From assembly GCA_902766435.1 (NCBI GenBank), contig CACXDM010000106.1, positions 10,830-74,829 of the forward strand: DNA of 64,000 nt. Reading direction: 5' to 3'. The position numbers and the translations under genes were made by a program. The stretch comes from an uncultured Erysipelotrichaceae bacterium (GTDB taxonomy: Bacteria > Bacillota_I > Bacilli_A > Erysipelotrichales > Erysipelotrichaceae). Below, one piece after another: positions 20,145-29,660 of the stretch (within the stretch, counting starts at the first letter, position 1; the number at the start of each line of letters is the position of its first letter). The notes under the pieces are model-generated. The model worked only from the letters and a program-made list of their open reading frames with translations, ran no database searches and was not told where the DNA came from.

Positions 20145-22483
20145 GATTGAGAATTGATGATAACTGGGAATTCACTTCCGTCTGGGATGATGCATTTCTG
20201 CAGGATGGAAAGGCAGAGAAGTCCGTACGCATACCGCATACGGTTAAGGAAGTTCCGCTTCACTACATTGATCCGGAAAGTTATCAGATGATATGCGGCT
20301 ACCGGCGGAATCTGTTTATTCCTTCCTCTTTGAAGGGACAGAAACTGTTTCTGACATTTGACGCGGCAGCGCATATTGCGACACTGTATTTTAACGGACA
20401 GCAGCTTCTCGTACACAAGAACGGGTATACGGCATTTACGGCAGATATTACGGATCTTGCGGAATATGATAAGGAAAACCGGATCACGGTAAAGCTGGAT
20501 ACGACCGAGAATCCTTCGGTTCCTCCGTTCGGATTTGTGATTGACTATCTGACGTTCGGCGGTATTTACCGGCATGTCTGGTTTGAAGCAAAGCCTTCCG
20601 TGTATATCTCTGATGTCTTTGTGAAGACACCGGATCTCCATACAGTGGAAGCGGATATCACAATGTCGGCGCATCAGGTAATGCCGGTTTCAGCGGAACT
20701 TTGTGATCCTGAAGGAAATGTTCTGAAAACAATGAAATCCGACAACCGTGACAGTATCAGGATCACTTATGATGAGGCAAAGCCATGGTCGCCGGAATCA
20801 CCGGTACTTTATCTTCTGAAAATCAGATGCGGGGAAGACGAAAAAACCGTACGGTTCGGTTTCAGAACATATGAATTTGATGAGAATCACTTCATTCTCA
20901 ACGGGAAAGAATATTTCATCCGCGGTCTGAACCGGCATCAGTCATTCCCCTATGTAGGGTATGCGGCATCTGATTCTCTGCAGAGGGAAGATGTCAGGAT
21001 TCTGAAGGAAGAACTATGTGTCAATGCGGTGAGAACTTCCCATTATCCCCAGAGTCATGAATTCATCGATGCATGTGATGAAATGGGACTGCTTGTATTT
21101 ACCGAACTGCCCGGCTGGCAGCATATCGGTGACCGCTTCTGGAAGACACAGGCGCTTGAAAATCTCAGGGAAATGATCCTGCAGTACAGGAATCACCCTT
21201 CCATCTTCCTCTGGGGTGTCAGAATCAATGAAAGCGTTGATGATGATGAATTCTATCTTGCGGCGAATGTTCTGGCCCACAGACTTGATCCGACAAGAAA
21301 GACTTCCGGTGTCAGATATCTGGAAAAGAGCTCATTCCTGGAAGATGTATATGCATATAATGACTTCTCTCATTCCGGAAAGAATGCCGGTGTGAGAAGG
21401 AAAAAGGATGTTGTGACGGATATGAGGAAGCCGATGCTGATCAGTGAGGCAAACGGTCATATGTTTCCGACAAAATCATGGGATTCATGGGAAAAACGTC
21501 AGGAACATGCGCTGCGTCATGCAAGGGTTCTGAATGATGCGATGGAAGACGGGGAACATGCGGGATGTTTCCAGTGGTGCATGTTTGACTATCCGACACA
21601 TAAGGATTTCGGTTCGGGTGACAGGATCTGTTACCATGGTGTAACTGACAGCTTCCGCAATCCCAAGACAGCAGCTGCGCTGTATGCTTCACAGGAAGAT
21701 GAAAGACCGGTTCTCGAAGTAGGTTCATCGATGGATATCGGTGACTATCCGGGCGGACAGATTGATCAGGTGTATGTGTTTACCAACGCGGATGAAGTCA
21801 GACTCTATAAGAACGATCAGTTCGTCAAGAGCTTCAGCGGAAGTGAATACCGCAGTCTGAAGCACGGACCGGTGCTGATCGACGATACGATCGGCTGTCT
21901 GCTGCAGACACAGGAAAACCTGGAAGGCAGAAAGGAACAGCTGATTCATGAGGCGCTTCTTGCGGCGGGAAAGTACGGCATGCCGAATCTGCCGGTGAAA
22001 TACAAGATGATGCTTGCCTGGTGCATGCTGCACTATGAGATGAAATATGAGGATGGTGTGGAGCTCTACGGCAAATATGTCGGCAGCTGGGGCGGAGACA
22101 GTGTCGAATGGAGATTCGATGCGGTAAAGAACGGTGAAGTGGTTGCTTCCACTGTCAAATCACCCAGAACAAAACTGCATTTTGAAACGAAGGTTTCTTC
22201 TGCACAGCTGCAGGAAAGTGATACATATGATATGGCTGCTGTAAGGATCAGAATTGTGGATGAACTGAATAATCTGAGTCCCTATGCGCAGCTTCCCGTC
22301 AGACTTCAGATTGAAGGAGAGGCGGAAATCGTCGGCCCCGGTATCATCACGGCGGAAGGCGGAATGTGCGGTACATATATCAGAACGACAGGAAAGAGCG
22401 GTGAAGCTGTACTGACTGTATCCGCGGAAGGACTGCCGTCGGAAACGATCAGATTTTGTGTGAATAAGGAGATGGAGAAATGA
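20141..22483 (+). CDS. Beta-galactosidase (GH2)
   Basis: FGGIYR, GLNRHQSFPYVG, NAVRTSHYP, RNHPSIFLWGVRINE and LISEANGH. Confidence 0.92.
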   Translation: MRLRIDDNWEFTSVWDDAFLQDGKAEKSVRIPHTVKEVPLHYIDPESYQMICGYRRNLFIPSSLKGQKLFLTFDAAAHIATLYFNGQQLLVHKNGYTAFTADITDLAEYDKENRITVKLDTTENPSVPPFGFVIDYLTFGGIYRHVWFEAKPSVYISDVFVKTPDLHTVEADITMSAHQVMPVSAELCDPEGNVLKTMKSDNRDSIRITYDEAKPWSPESPVLYLLKIRCGEDEKTVRFGFRTYEFDENHFILNGKEYFIRGLNRHQSFPYVGYAASDSLQREDVRILKEELCVNAVRTSHYPQSHEFIDACDEMGLLVFTELPGWQHIGDRFWKTQALENLREMILQYRNHPSIFLWGVRINESVDDDEFYLAANVLAHRLDPTRKTSGVRYLEKSSFLEDVYAYNDFSHSGKNAGVRRKKDVVTDMRKPMLISEANGHMFPTKSWDSWEKRQEHALRHARVLNDAMEDGEHAGCFQWCMFDYPTHKDFGSGDRICYHGVTDSFRNPKTAAALYASQEDERPVLEVGSSMDIGDYPGGQIDQVYVFTNADEVRLYKNDQFVKSFSGSEYRSLKHGPVLIDDTIGCLLQTQENLEGRKEQLIHEALLAAGKYGMPNLPVKYKMMLAWCMLHYEMKYEDGVELYGKYVGSWGGDSVEWRFDAVKNGEVVASTVKSPRTKLHFETKVSSAQLQESDTYDMAAVRIRIVDELNNLSPYAQLPVRLQIEGEAEIVGPGIITAEGGMCGTYIRTTGKSGEAVLTVSAEGLPSETIRFCVNKEMEK

Positions 22484-23892
22484 AATTCGGCACGAAACAG
22501 AAAGCTGCCTACGGTCTTGGCGCAGTAGGCAAGGACATGGTATATGCTCTCTCGGCATCCTATGTCATGTATTTTTATCAGGATATTCTCGGTCTTTCCG
22601 CGACGTTTGTCGGCGCGATCCTGATGATCGCGAGAGTATTCGATGCGGCAAACGATCCGTTTATGGGTGTACTGGTTGCCAAGACAAATACCAAATGGGG
22701 CAAGTTCCGTCCCTGGCTGTTCAGCGGTACGGTTCTGAATGCGCTTGTTCTCTTCGCACTCTTCAGTGCGCCGAATCTCAGCGGTTCCGGTATGATGATC
22801 TATTTTACGGCCATCTATATTCTGTGGGGCGTAACATACACGATGATGGATATTCCGTTCTGGTCCATGATTCCGGCTGTAACGGAAACACCGAAGGAGA
22901 GGGAAAGCCTTTCCGTGATCGGACGTACCTGCGCGGGTATCGGCAATGCCCTGATTACAATCGGTACGATGATCGCCGTCAAGGCGCTCGGCGGAGGCGT
23001 TGAGCGTAAGGGATTCATGATCTTTGCGGCAATTGTGGCAGCAGTCTTCCTTGTGACGGAAATCGTTCTCTGCTGGGCGGTGGATGAGAGAAAATCCGAT
23101 GAGCAGATGAATACGACTTCCGTCGGGGAAATGTTCCGTTCGCTCTTCAACAATGATCAGGCAATGACAACGGTCATTACGATCATCATGATCAACGGCG
23201 CATTGTATATCACATCCAATCTGATTATCTATTTCTTCAAATATGATTTCTCCCAGTCACTGGCTGATCCGACAAAGTGGCAGGAAACATATACACTGTT
23301 CTCCTCTGTGGGAGGCGGCTCACAGATTCTGGGTATGATGCTGCTGTATCCGCTTCTGCGTAAATTCCTCGGCAACTCTCAGATTTTCAAGATCTGTCTT
23401 TGTTCTGCCATCGTCGGTTATGCCGTTCTTCTGTTCGCATGCTTTACCGGTCTGGCAAACAATCTGACATTCCTGCTGATCCCGGGAGTTCTCGTATTCC
23501 TTTCCAACGGTATTCTTACGGTATTGACGACGGTCTTCCTGACTTCATCATGTGACTATGGTGAACTGAAGACAGGACACCGTGAGGAATCAGTTATCTT
23601 CTCCATGCAGACATTCGTTGTCAAGGCAGCCAGCGGGTTTGCCGTATTCCTTACCGGTATCGGTCTGGATATGATCGGACTAGCGGGAAATGCCGATTCC
23701 ACCGGTGATATCGCCGTTCAGTCGGCTTCCACACTTACCGGTCTGCGTCTTCTGATGACGATTATTCCGATTCTCGGTCTGGTCGTCGCGTTTGTGGTAT
23801 TCTCGAAGAAATTCATTCTGACGGATGAAAAGGCAGAGGAAATTGCGCTGGAGCTCAAGAGAAGAAAAGGAGCGGATGAGAATGCAGTTTAA
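22480..23892 (+). CDS. Glycoside-pentoside-hexuronide (MelB/LacS-like) symporter
   Basis: GAVGKD, RVFDAANDPFMG, TKWGKFRPW and DYGELKTGHREES. About 12 TM segments. Confidence 0.92.
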   Translation: MKFGTKQKAAYGLGAVGKDMVYALSASYVMYFYQDILGLSATFVGAILMIARVFDAANDPFMGVLVAKTNTKWGKFRPWLFSGTVLNALVLFALFSAPNLSGSGMMIYFTAIYILWGVTYTMMDIPFWSMIPAVTETPKERESLSVIGRTCAGIGNALITIGTMIAVKALGGGVERKGFMIFAAIVAAVFLVTEIVLCWAVDERKSDEQMNTTSVGEMFRSLFNNDQAMTTVITIIMINGALYITSNLIIYFFKYDFSQSLADPTKWQETYTLFSSVGGGSQILGMMLLYPLLRKFLGNSQIFKICLCSAIVGYAVLLFACFTGLANNLTFLLIPGVLVFLSNGILTVLTTVFLTSSCDYGELKTGHREESVIFSMQTFVVKAASGFAVFLTGIGLDMIGLAGNADSTGDIAVQSASTLTGLRLLMTIIPILGLVVAFVVFSKKFILTDEKAEEIALELKRRKGADENAV

Positions 23893-25462
23893 ATGGAATC
23901 TGCAGACAGAATCGGGGAAGGAAATCAGCGGCAGGGATGACCTGCGCAAAGGAACACTTCATATTGTCCGTCATGTCGGTGATGATGTAATCAGGAGTGT
24001 TTCCGGCGAACTGAAGATCGAAACGAAACGGAATGAAAAGATCTTCATGAACGGATACCAGACATGGACGGCCTGTCCGGAGTATACGCGTTCCTCTTTG
24101 ATCAGAGGAATCAGAGGAATTCCCCAGGCTGTAGTTGACCGCTTTTCGCTTGACCGCTACGGTGACTACCATTTTGTGGATTATCCTGCCAGAAGAGGTA
24201 TTCTGCACGGTTTCTCCTACTGCTGGTTCAGAAGAGGGAGCTTCTACCGTCTGATTGCGTCTCTTGATGAAACGCCCGGGTATACGATATTCAGATACAA
24301 TGCGCCGAAAGGCATACTGACCATTGAACGGGACAGCATCGGCCTGCATACCGACGGAGACTATCATGTCTTTGATCTCTTTTATGCCGAAGGAACTGGG
24401 GATCAGGTATTTGACGCATGGTTTAACGAGCTCGGTATCAAAACACGGACAAAGGAAAAGCTGTACGGGTATTCCTCCTGGTATAACCGGTATCAGAATA
24501 TCAATGAAGAATGCATCAGACAGGATCTTCAGGGCTGTGAAAAGATCTTCAGAAAGAATGACCTGTTTCAGATCGATGACGGATGGGAACCGTTCATCGG
24601 CGATTGGCTTGAAGCGGATCAGAAAAAGTTTCCGAAAGGCATGAAGGAAGCTGCGGATGAAATACATGCGAAGGGATTCCGGGCAGGGATCTGGCTGGCA
24701 CCGTTTGTGGCAGAAGAAAAATCCGCATTATTCCGGGAACATCCCGACTGGTTCTTCAGACATGACGGTCAGCCCTGGAAAAACGGCTGCAACTGGAGCG
24801 GTTTCTACAGTCTGGATATCGACAATGAAGAAGTAATCGAATATCTCAGAAAGGTATTCGACAGAGTGCTGAATGAATGGGGCTATGATCTGGTGAAGCT
24901 CGATTTCCTCTATGGCGCAGCTCCTTTCGGTACGGAAAAGGAAACCCGTGCCGGAAGAATGATCCGGGCAATGAAATTTCTCAGAGAGCTCTGTGGTGAC
25001 AAGCTGATCCTGGGATGCGGGGTACCGGTCATGCCGGCATTCGGCATTGTCGACTACTGCCGGATCGGCTGTGATGTGACACTGGACTGGAACGATGTCC
25101 CGCATATGCGCATCATTCACCGCGAACGTCCTTCCACCAAACAGGCAGTCGGCAATATCATCTCACGCCGTCATCTGAACGGAAGGGCATATCTCTCCGA
25201 CCCGGATGTATTCTTCCTCAGAGACAATAATCTGCGGCTGAGTGAAGCAGTGAAGAAGAGTCTCGGCGAGCTGGATGCTCTGCTGGGCGGTGTATTCCTG
25301 ATCTCGGATGATCCCGGCAGCTATACGGAAAAAATGACAAAAGAATACGAACGGCTCAGGCATCTGTCGGAAGCCTCATCCGTATATCTTTCTCAGAAGA
25401 GAGGCATTAAGGCCGTCTATATTCTTGACGGAAAGGAAGAAACAACAGACTTATTTGAATAA
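23876..25462 (+). CDS. Alpha-galactosidase (GH36-like)
   Basis: GYSSWYN, FQIDDGW, GIWLAPF, LVKLDFLY, RIGCDV and SDPDV. RBS AAGGAG before the ATG at 23876. Confidence 0.88.
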   Translation: MRMQFKWNLQTESGKEISGRDDLRKGTLHIVRHVGDDVIRSVSGELKIETKRNEKIFMNGYQTWTACPEYTRSSLIRGIRGIPQAVVDRFSLDRYGDYHFVDYPARRGILHGFSYCWFRRGSFYRLIASLDETPGYTIFRYNAPKGILTIERDSIGLHTDGDYHVFDLFYAEGTGDQVFDAWFNELGIKTRTKEKLYGYSSWYNRYQNINEECIRQDLQGCEKIFRKNDLFQIDDGWEPFIGDWLEADQKKFPKGMKEAADEIHAKGFRAGIWLAPFVAEEKSALFREHPDWFFRHDGQPWKNGCNWSGFYSLDIDNEEVIEYLRKVFDRVLNEWGYDLVKLDFLYGAAPFGTEKETRAGRMIRAMKFLRELCGDKLILGCGVPVMPAFGIVDYCRIGCDVTLDWNDVPHMRIIHRERPSTKQAVGNIISRRHLNGRAYLSDPDVFFLRDNNLRLSEAVKKSLGELDALLGGVFLISDDPGSYTEKMTKEYERLRHLSEASSVYLSQKRGIKAVYILDGKEETTDLFE

Positions 25463-25491
25463 ACGATAATCATATATTTGCTGAAATGATG

Positions 25492-25519
25492 AAAGCCGAA
25501 GGGATGCCTCCGGCTTTTT
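25492..25519. terminator. Bidirectional terminator between convergent genes
   Basis: AAAGCCG...CGGCTTTTT hairpin. Confidence 0.7.
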
Positions 25520-25541
25520 GTCTGTATATATGAGTAAAGGA

Positions 25542-26432
25542 TTATTGTTTTTTGTCAGTGTATTTCTGACGCATCTGCTTCGGTGTAATCCCGAATTTAC
25601 GGATGAAGAGACGGTTGAAATAGCTCTGCTGATTGAATCCGCAGCGTGAGGCGATTTCCGCAAACTGAAGATCAGTTGCTCTAAGGAGATACAGACTCCG
25701 TTCAAGCCGGTAATTCTGAATATACTCCACAGGAGACTGATCCAGATAGGTACGGAACAGTCTGGTGCATTTGCTGCGGGAAATTTTACCCGCTGTGGCA
25801 ATGTCATCGATTGTTATTTCATCAGTATAGTTTTCTCCGACATATGCCAGCATTTCCCTGACGGTATCAAGATCAATATTATGCTTGATGGTATCGTCCG
25901 GATTTGCGTGATGATAAATACGGTATATCTGTCTGAGCATCGTGAAATATCTTGCGGCAATTTCGAATTCATATGCCTGCGGCTTATGCTTCTTCAGATC
26001 GAAAATGGCATCCATATCGGCTGAAAACAGCGGTGAAACCGGACGGATTATCGTATAGGCAAACCTGTCATCCATAATCATTGACTGCAGCTGACGGTTC
26101 AGCAGGGGATTGCTGAAGGCATCCGGACGGGCAGTCAGGACACGGTATTTGGCGCTTGAAGTCGAAGATCCTTTAAACATATGCGGCTGTCTGCTGTTGA
26201 TGAACAGGGTCTCGCCTGCATGTACTTCAATATCTTCTCCCAGTAATTCAAAGCTAAGTGATCCCGAAATCACCCTGATCCACGCAAAGTCTTCAAAGAC
26301 GGTCGGGGCATGAAACATCTTTGAATTCATTTCAAGTTCATACTCTTCCGCCGCAATTTTCAGATCCGGGTGGATATATTCAATATTTTCGTATAATACT
26401 CTGTGATTTATCATAACATCCTCTGTTTCCAT
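25542..26432 (-). CDS. AraC family transcriptional regulator
   Basis: Cupin-like N-terminus and double HTH (IASRCGFNQQSYFNRLFIRKFGITPKQMR). Confidence 0.93.
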   Translation of the reverse strand: METEDVMINHRVLYENIEYIHPDLKIAAEEYELEMNSKMFHAPTVFEDFAWIRVISGSLSFELLGEDIEVHAGETLFINSRQPHMFKGSSTSSAKYRVLTARPDAFSNPLLNRQLQSMIMDDRFAYTIIRPVSPLFSADMDAIFDLKKHKPQAYEFEIAARYFTMLRQIYRIYHHANPDDTIKHNIDLDTVREMLAYVGENYTDEITIDDIATAGKISRSKCTRLFRTYLDQSPVEYIQNYRLERSLYLLRATDLQFAEIASRCGFNQQSYFNRLFIRKFGITPKQMRQKYTDKKQ

Positions 26433-26545
26433 TTATTATTAAATACTAATAATAAAGCCAATTGTACTATAAAAACACGAAATAATAAGGGAAAATTTGT
26501 CCATCTGACTTGATTGTAATAATTATCAAGCCGAAGGAGGAAACG

Positions 26546-27304
26546 ATGAAGAAATCTTTAAGCTTTATTATCTCAGTATTCCTACTTGCAGGATGCTCAT
26601 CCGGAACAGCTGCCGTATCTTCCGCGTCTGCCGATTCCGTTAAGGAAGAAACAAAAGAAGAAGTTCAGACAGTCGGTGAATACACGATCTACAATATGAC
26701 AGGCGAAGGGATTACCGAACTGTATCTTTATCCGACAGGTTCTTCTGACAAGGGAACAAACTACGCGGAAGGCGGTCACGGTTTCGCAAATGCTCATGCG
26801 GTTCATCTGACATATGATGCCGGTGACAAGGCTTCTGAAACAGCGCTGACTCTGGAATTCGTTACGAAATCCGGGTATACAAAGTCTTTTGAAACGCTGC
26901 ATATTGAGACAGCTGACATTACACTTCCTGCTGAGGATGCTCTGACAGGTTCCACACCGATCGCATTCTCTGCTTCAAAGGCAGAATACACGATTTACAA
27001 CAGAACCGGTGAAACGATTACCGAACTCTATATATATCCTACGGGTACGGAGGATAAGGGAGAAAACCTGATTAAGGAAGCTGCTGAAGACGGCGGAACA
27101 CAGGTGATTACATTTGACAAAGTTCCTGAAAACCTCATCAAGGAAGACGGATCCCTGAATACATTCAGAATTGAATTTGTCACTGAGTCAGGCTATACAG
27201 CCGGATATGAGACACTTTCCTATGAAGTCGCTCCGATTACATTAATCTCAGCTGATGCCATGACCGGCGCAACGGAAATTCAGTTCGGAGCACCTAAAGA
27301 ATAA
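26546..27304 (+). CDS. Lipoprotein with two tandem domains, each ending in a flavinylation-like motif
   Basis: RBS AAGGAGG, lipobox LLAGC, repeats YTIYNMTGEGITELYLYPTG and YTIYNRTGETITELYIYPTG, motifs DALTGST and DAMTGAT. Confidence 0.8.
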   Translation: MKKSLSFIISVFLLAGCSSGTAAVSSASADSVKEETKEEVQTVGEYTIYNMTGEGITELYLYPTGSSDKGTNYAEGGHGFANAHAVHLTYDAGDKASETALTLEFVTKSGYTKSFETLHIETADITLPAEDALTGSTPIAFSASKAEYTIYNRTGETITELYIYPTGTEDKGENLIKEAAEDGGTQVITFDKVPENLIKEDGSLNTFRIEFVTESGYTAGYETLSYEVAPITLISADAMTGATEIQFGAPKE

Positions 27305-27342
27305 ACCGATCCGATATCGACTCCAGTCATTTTGACCGACAG

Positions 27343-27368
27343 AGATGCCTGTACTTACAGGCATTTTT
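27343..27368 (+). terminator. Rho-independent terminator
   Basis: ATGCCTGTA-ct-TACAGGCAT followed by TTTT. Confidence 0.8.
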
Positions 27369-27416
27369 GTCGTTATACTGTCAATTACAGTGCCATTTTG
27401 ACCAGTGACGGCAAAA

Positions 27417-27461
27417 AAACCATGGCACTTTTTTTGCATGGTTTCTTACTTAGGATATAGT
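27417..27461 (+). promoter_or_regulatory. Putative promoter with overlapping palindromic operator for the SEL1 operon
   Basis: AAACCATG-N12-CATGGTTT (27417-27444) overlaps TTGCAT. -10 TATAGT at 27456-27461. Confidence 0.45.
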
Positions 27462-27533
27462 TGTAAAGAAAAGGGTAATGAAACAGTCCGGATTATTCCG
27501 GTGATTTGAAAATCCAGGTATCAGGAGGGATCA

Positions 27534-28433
27534 ATGAATATTGCCGAAGCACGAAAACTGTATGAGAAATACAAGGAACAGATACACAGGTACAACAATC
27601 ACGAAAACGAAGATGCTCTGCTGGAAATAACGGAATTCCTTCTGAAAAAGACCCGGGATCCCTGGTACAGCAGTGATATCGGAGCTTTCTATTACGGGAG
27701 AAAACAGTATGATCTGGCAGAAAAATACTACAGGATGACATATGACCTCGGTGACCGCAGTATCGCTGTCTGTCTCGGATATATCTGGTATTACGGACGT
27801 ACGGGAACGGTTGATTATGAGAAAGCGTTTCACTTCTTTTCGGAAGCTGCGGAACTTGGAAATACCGATGGCAGCAGGAAGCTGGCGGACATGTATAAGA
27901 ACGGATACTTTGTTGAGAAGAATGATGCAAAATACCGGGAGATCATTGAGGACCTTTTTGAAAGGCATAAGGATGATCAGTATAAATTCATTGAACTTCC
28001 GGATATCTGTACAAGACTTGCCGGTATCCGTAAAGAAGAAGGAAATACCGCAGAAGCAGTCCGGCTGTATCTGATGGCAAAGGATTATCTGCCGCAGAGG
28101 CTGAAAATGACTGAATTCTTCGGTGATATCAATGTGATGGAATGGCTGATCAATGATCTGTACACAATAATCAAGCCCGACTATTCCGATCTTGATCTGT
28201 ATGATCTGTTCTATGTGCTGAAAGAACCGGCTGCTGTTACGTTTTACTGGAAACAGAACAAATACACAGTCCGGTCTGTTGCTGAAGAAGGAGGAATTGC
28301 CGTGGAATTCAATCAGCACTGGTACAGGTCGGTAAATGAACTGTTTCAGAATGCAAAGCTCGGCGGCAGACCTTTGTATGTCAGAGACAACGAGATTTAT
28401 AACCTGGAGGTGAAATATGACGGAACTGATTAA
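27534..28433 (+). CDS. SEL1-like repeat protein
   Basis: AVCLGYIWYYGRTGTVDYEKAFHFFSEAAELGN and LADMYKNGYFVEKNDAK. RBS AGGAGG. Confidence 0.85.
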   Translation: MNIAEARKLYEKYKEQIHRYNNHENEDALLEITEFLLKKTRDPWYSSDIGAFYYGRKQYDLAEKYYRMTYDLGDRSIAVCLGYIWYYGRTGTVDYEKAFHFFSEAAELGNTDGSRKLADMYKNGYFVEKNDAKYREIIEDLFERHKDDQYKFIELPDICTRLAGIRKEEGNTAEAVRLYLMAKDYLPQRLKMTEFFGDINVMEWLINDLYTIIKPDYSDLDLYDLFYVLKEPAAVTFYWKQNKYTVRSVAEEGGIAVEFNQHWYRSVNELFQNAKLGGRPLYVRDNEIYNLEVKYDGTD

Positions 28434-29181
28434 GGTGAAAAATGCTTCTTACATTCTGTATGAGGAACTTCTTCTGAAGAAGGAAAATCTGAAGAAAGAA
28501 GGGCATCAGTATTATATTCAGTATCTTCAGGTTTTCGGCAGTCTGATGACGGAGTCGTTCCGACTGAGAATCGAATGCATCCGGAAGAAAAAGATGATTG
28601 CCTTCTGCCGGAAATGCCTGAATCACGGTATGGCTATCAATTCGGCTGAAATGGACAGATACATCGCAGCTGAGATGAGTAGTTATGAGGATCAGCTGAA
28701 ACAGATAATCAGTGATACAAAGGCCGCATCGGAAGCCAGGATGCTTTCCAATGAGAATATAAGAAAAATCAAGGAAATTTATTATCGGCTTGCGCGGAGA
28801 ATTCATCCGGATATGCGTCCTGAGTTCGCAGATGATCGTCGTTTGCCGGACTACTGGAAAAGAATTGTCATTGCATATCAGAATAATATGCTCAGTGAGC
28901 TTCAGGACCTGGAAGTGCTGGTGAATTCATGCCTCAATGAAACTGATGGATCTGATGAACTTTACATTGAAGATATTGACGATAAAATTGAAAAACTGGA
29001 AAAGGAAACTGAACAGATCATTTCTTCAAAACCGTATACATATAAATTTCTTCTGGAAGATGAAAATCAGACAGAACAGAAAAGAAAAGACATGCAGAAA
29101 GAAATCGATGAGTATGAACAATATTCACAGGACCTTGATGATGTACTGAATGCTTTTCCCATAAAGGAGATGTTTGCATGA
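28417..29181 (+). CDS. Coiled-coil protein with internal J-domain-like (HPD) region
   Basis: IKEIYYRLARRIHPDMRPE flanked by long coiled coils. Overlaps the upstream stop. RBS GGAGGTG. Confidence 0.75.
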   Translation: MTELIKVKNASYILYEELLLKKENLKKEGHQYYIQYLQVFGSLMTESFRLRIECIRKKKMIAFCRKCLNHGMAINSAEMDRYIAAEMSSYEDQLKQIISDTKAASEARMLSNENIRKIKEIYYRLARRIHPDMRPEFADDRRLPDYWKRIVIAYQNNMLSELQDLEVLVNSCLNETDGSDELYIEDIDDKIEKLEKETEQIISSKPYTYKFLLEDENQTEQKRKDMQKEIDEYEQYSQDLDDVLNAFPIKEMFA

Positions 29182-29570
29182 GTAATGAACTGACAATCAA
29201 AAATGAAGATCTTCTTACAGTCGTGGAAAACAGGGATCTTGGGGAATTAATAAAACCGCTTGTGAATGAGATTCATCTGTTTGACACTGTCATAGCAGGC
29301 ACATTATTTATGGAAGACAGTTCTGTTTATGACCGGCTTGAGAAGAATGAAAAGCTGATTCTGCAGAGGGAGAATAATAAGTTTGATTCAAATGCAATCT
29401 TGATTTTGAACAGTCAGAAACAAAAGCTCGGTTATGTTCCGGAACGTGATAATCAGGTTTTCTCCCGTCTTATGGATGCGGGAAAACTGTTGATTGCCAA
29501 AGTGATTTCAGTTAAAAATCCTGATGGGTTTTATATGATCAGGATCGGGATCTATCTGGTGGATTATTGA
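29178..29570 (+). CDS. HIRAN domain protein
   Basis: LILQRENNKFDSNAI...KLGYVPE motif. ATGA overlap with the previous gene. Confidence 0.88.
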   Translation: MSNELTIKNEDLLTVVENRDLGELIKPLVNEIHLFDTVIAGTLFMEDSSVYDRLEKNEKLILQRENNKFDSNAILILNSQKQKLGYVPERDNQVFSRLMDAGKLLIAKVISVKNPDGFYMIRIGIYLVDY

Positions 29571-29606
29571 GGTGTATAGGGGACCGAATTCAGTCTCCCG
29601 TACAAC
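29571..29606. repeat. 36-bp palindromic repeat, copy 1 (one mismatch, probably trailer end)
   Basis: Direct comparison with 29998-30033. Begins on the base after the HIRAN TGA. Confidence 0.95.
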
Positions 29607-29660
29607 GAAATTCACATTTGATTCTGATTTAGTTTTAACTCATTTTTATCCGAGGTAGAT

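Noticed and set aside
27328-27403. Direct repeat CATTTTGACC (27328-27337, 27394-27403) flanking a terminator
   Set aside because: Only 10 bp, with no matching copy seen at the other island end, so it cannot be supported as an att site or target duplication.
29572-29658. 28-codon GTG-initiated ORF reading through repeat 1 (possible translational coupler)
   Set aside because: The same frame in repeat 2 stops immediately after the repeat and there is no clear RBS, so it is probably chance.
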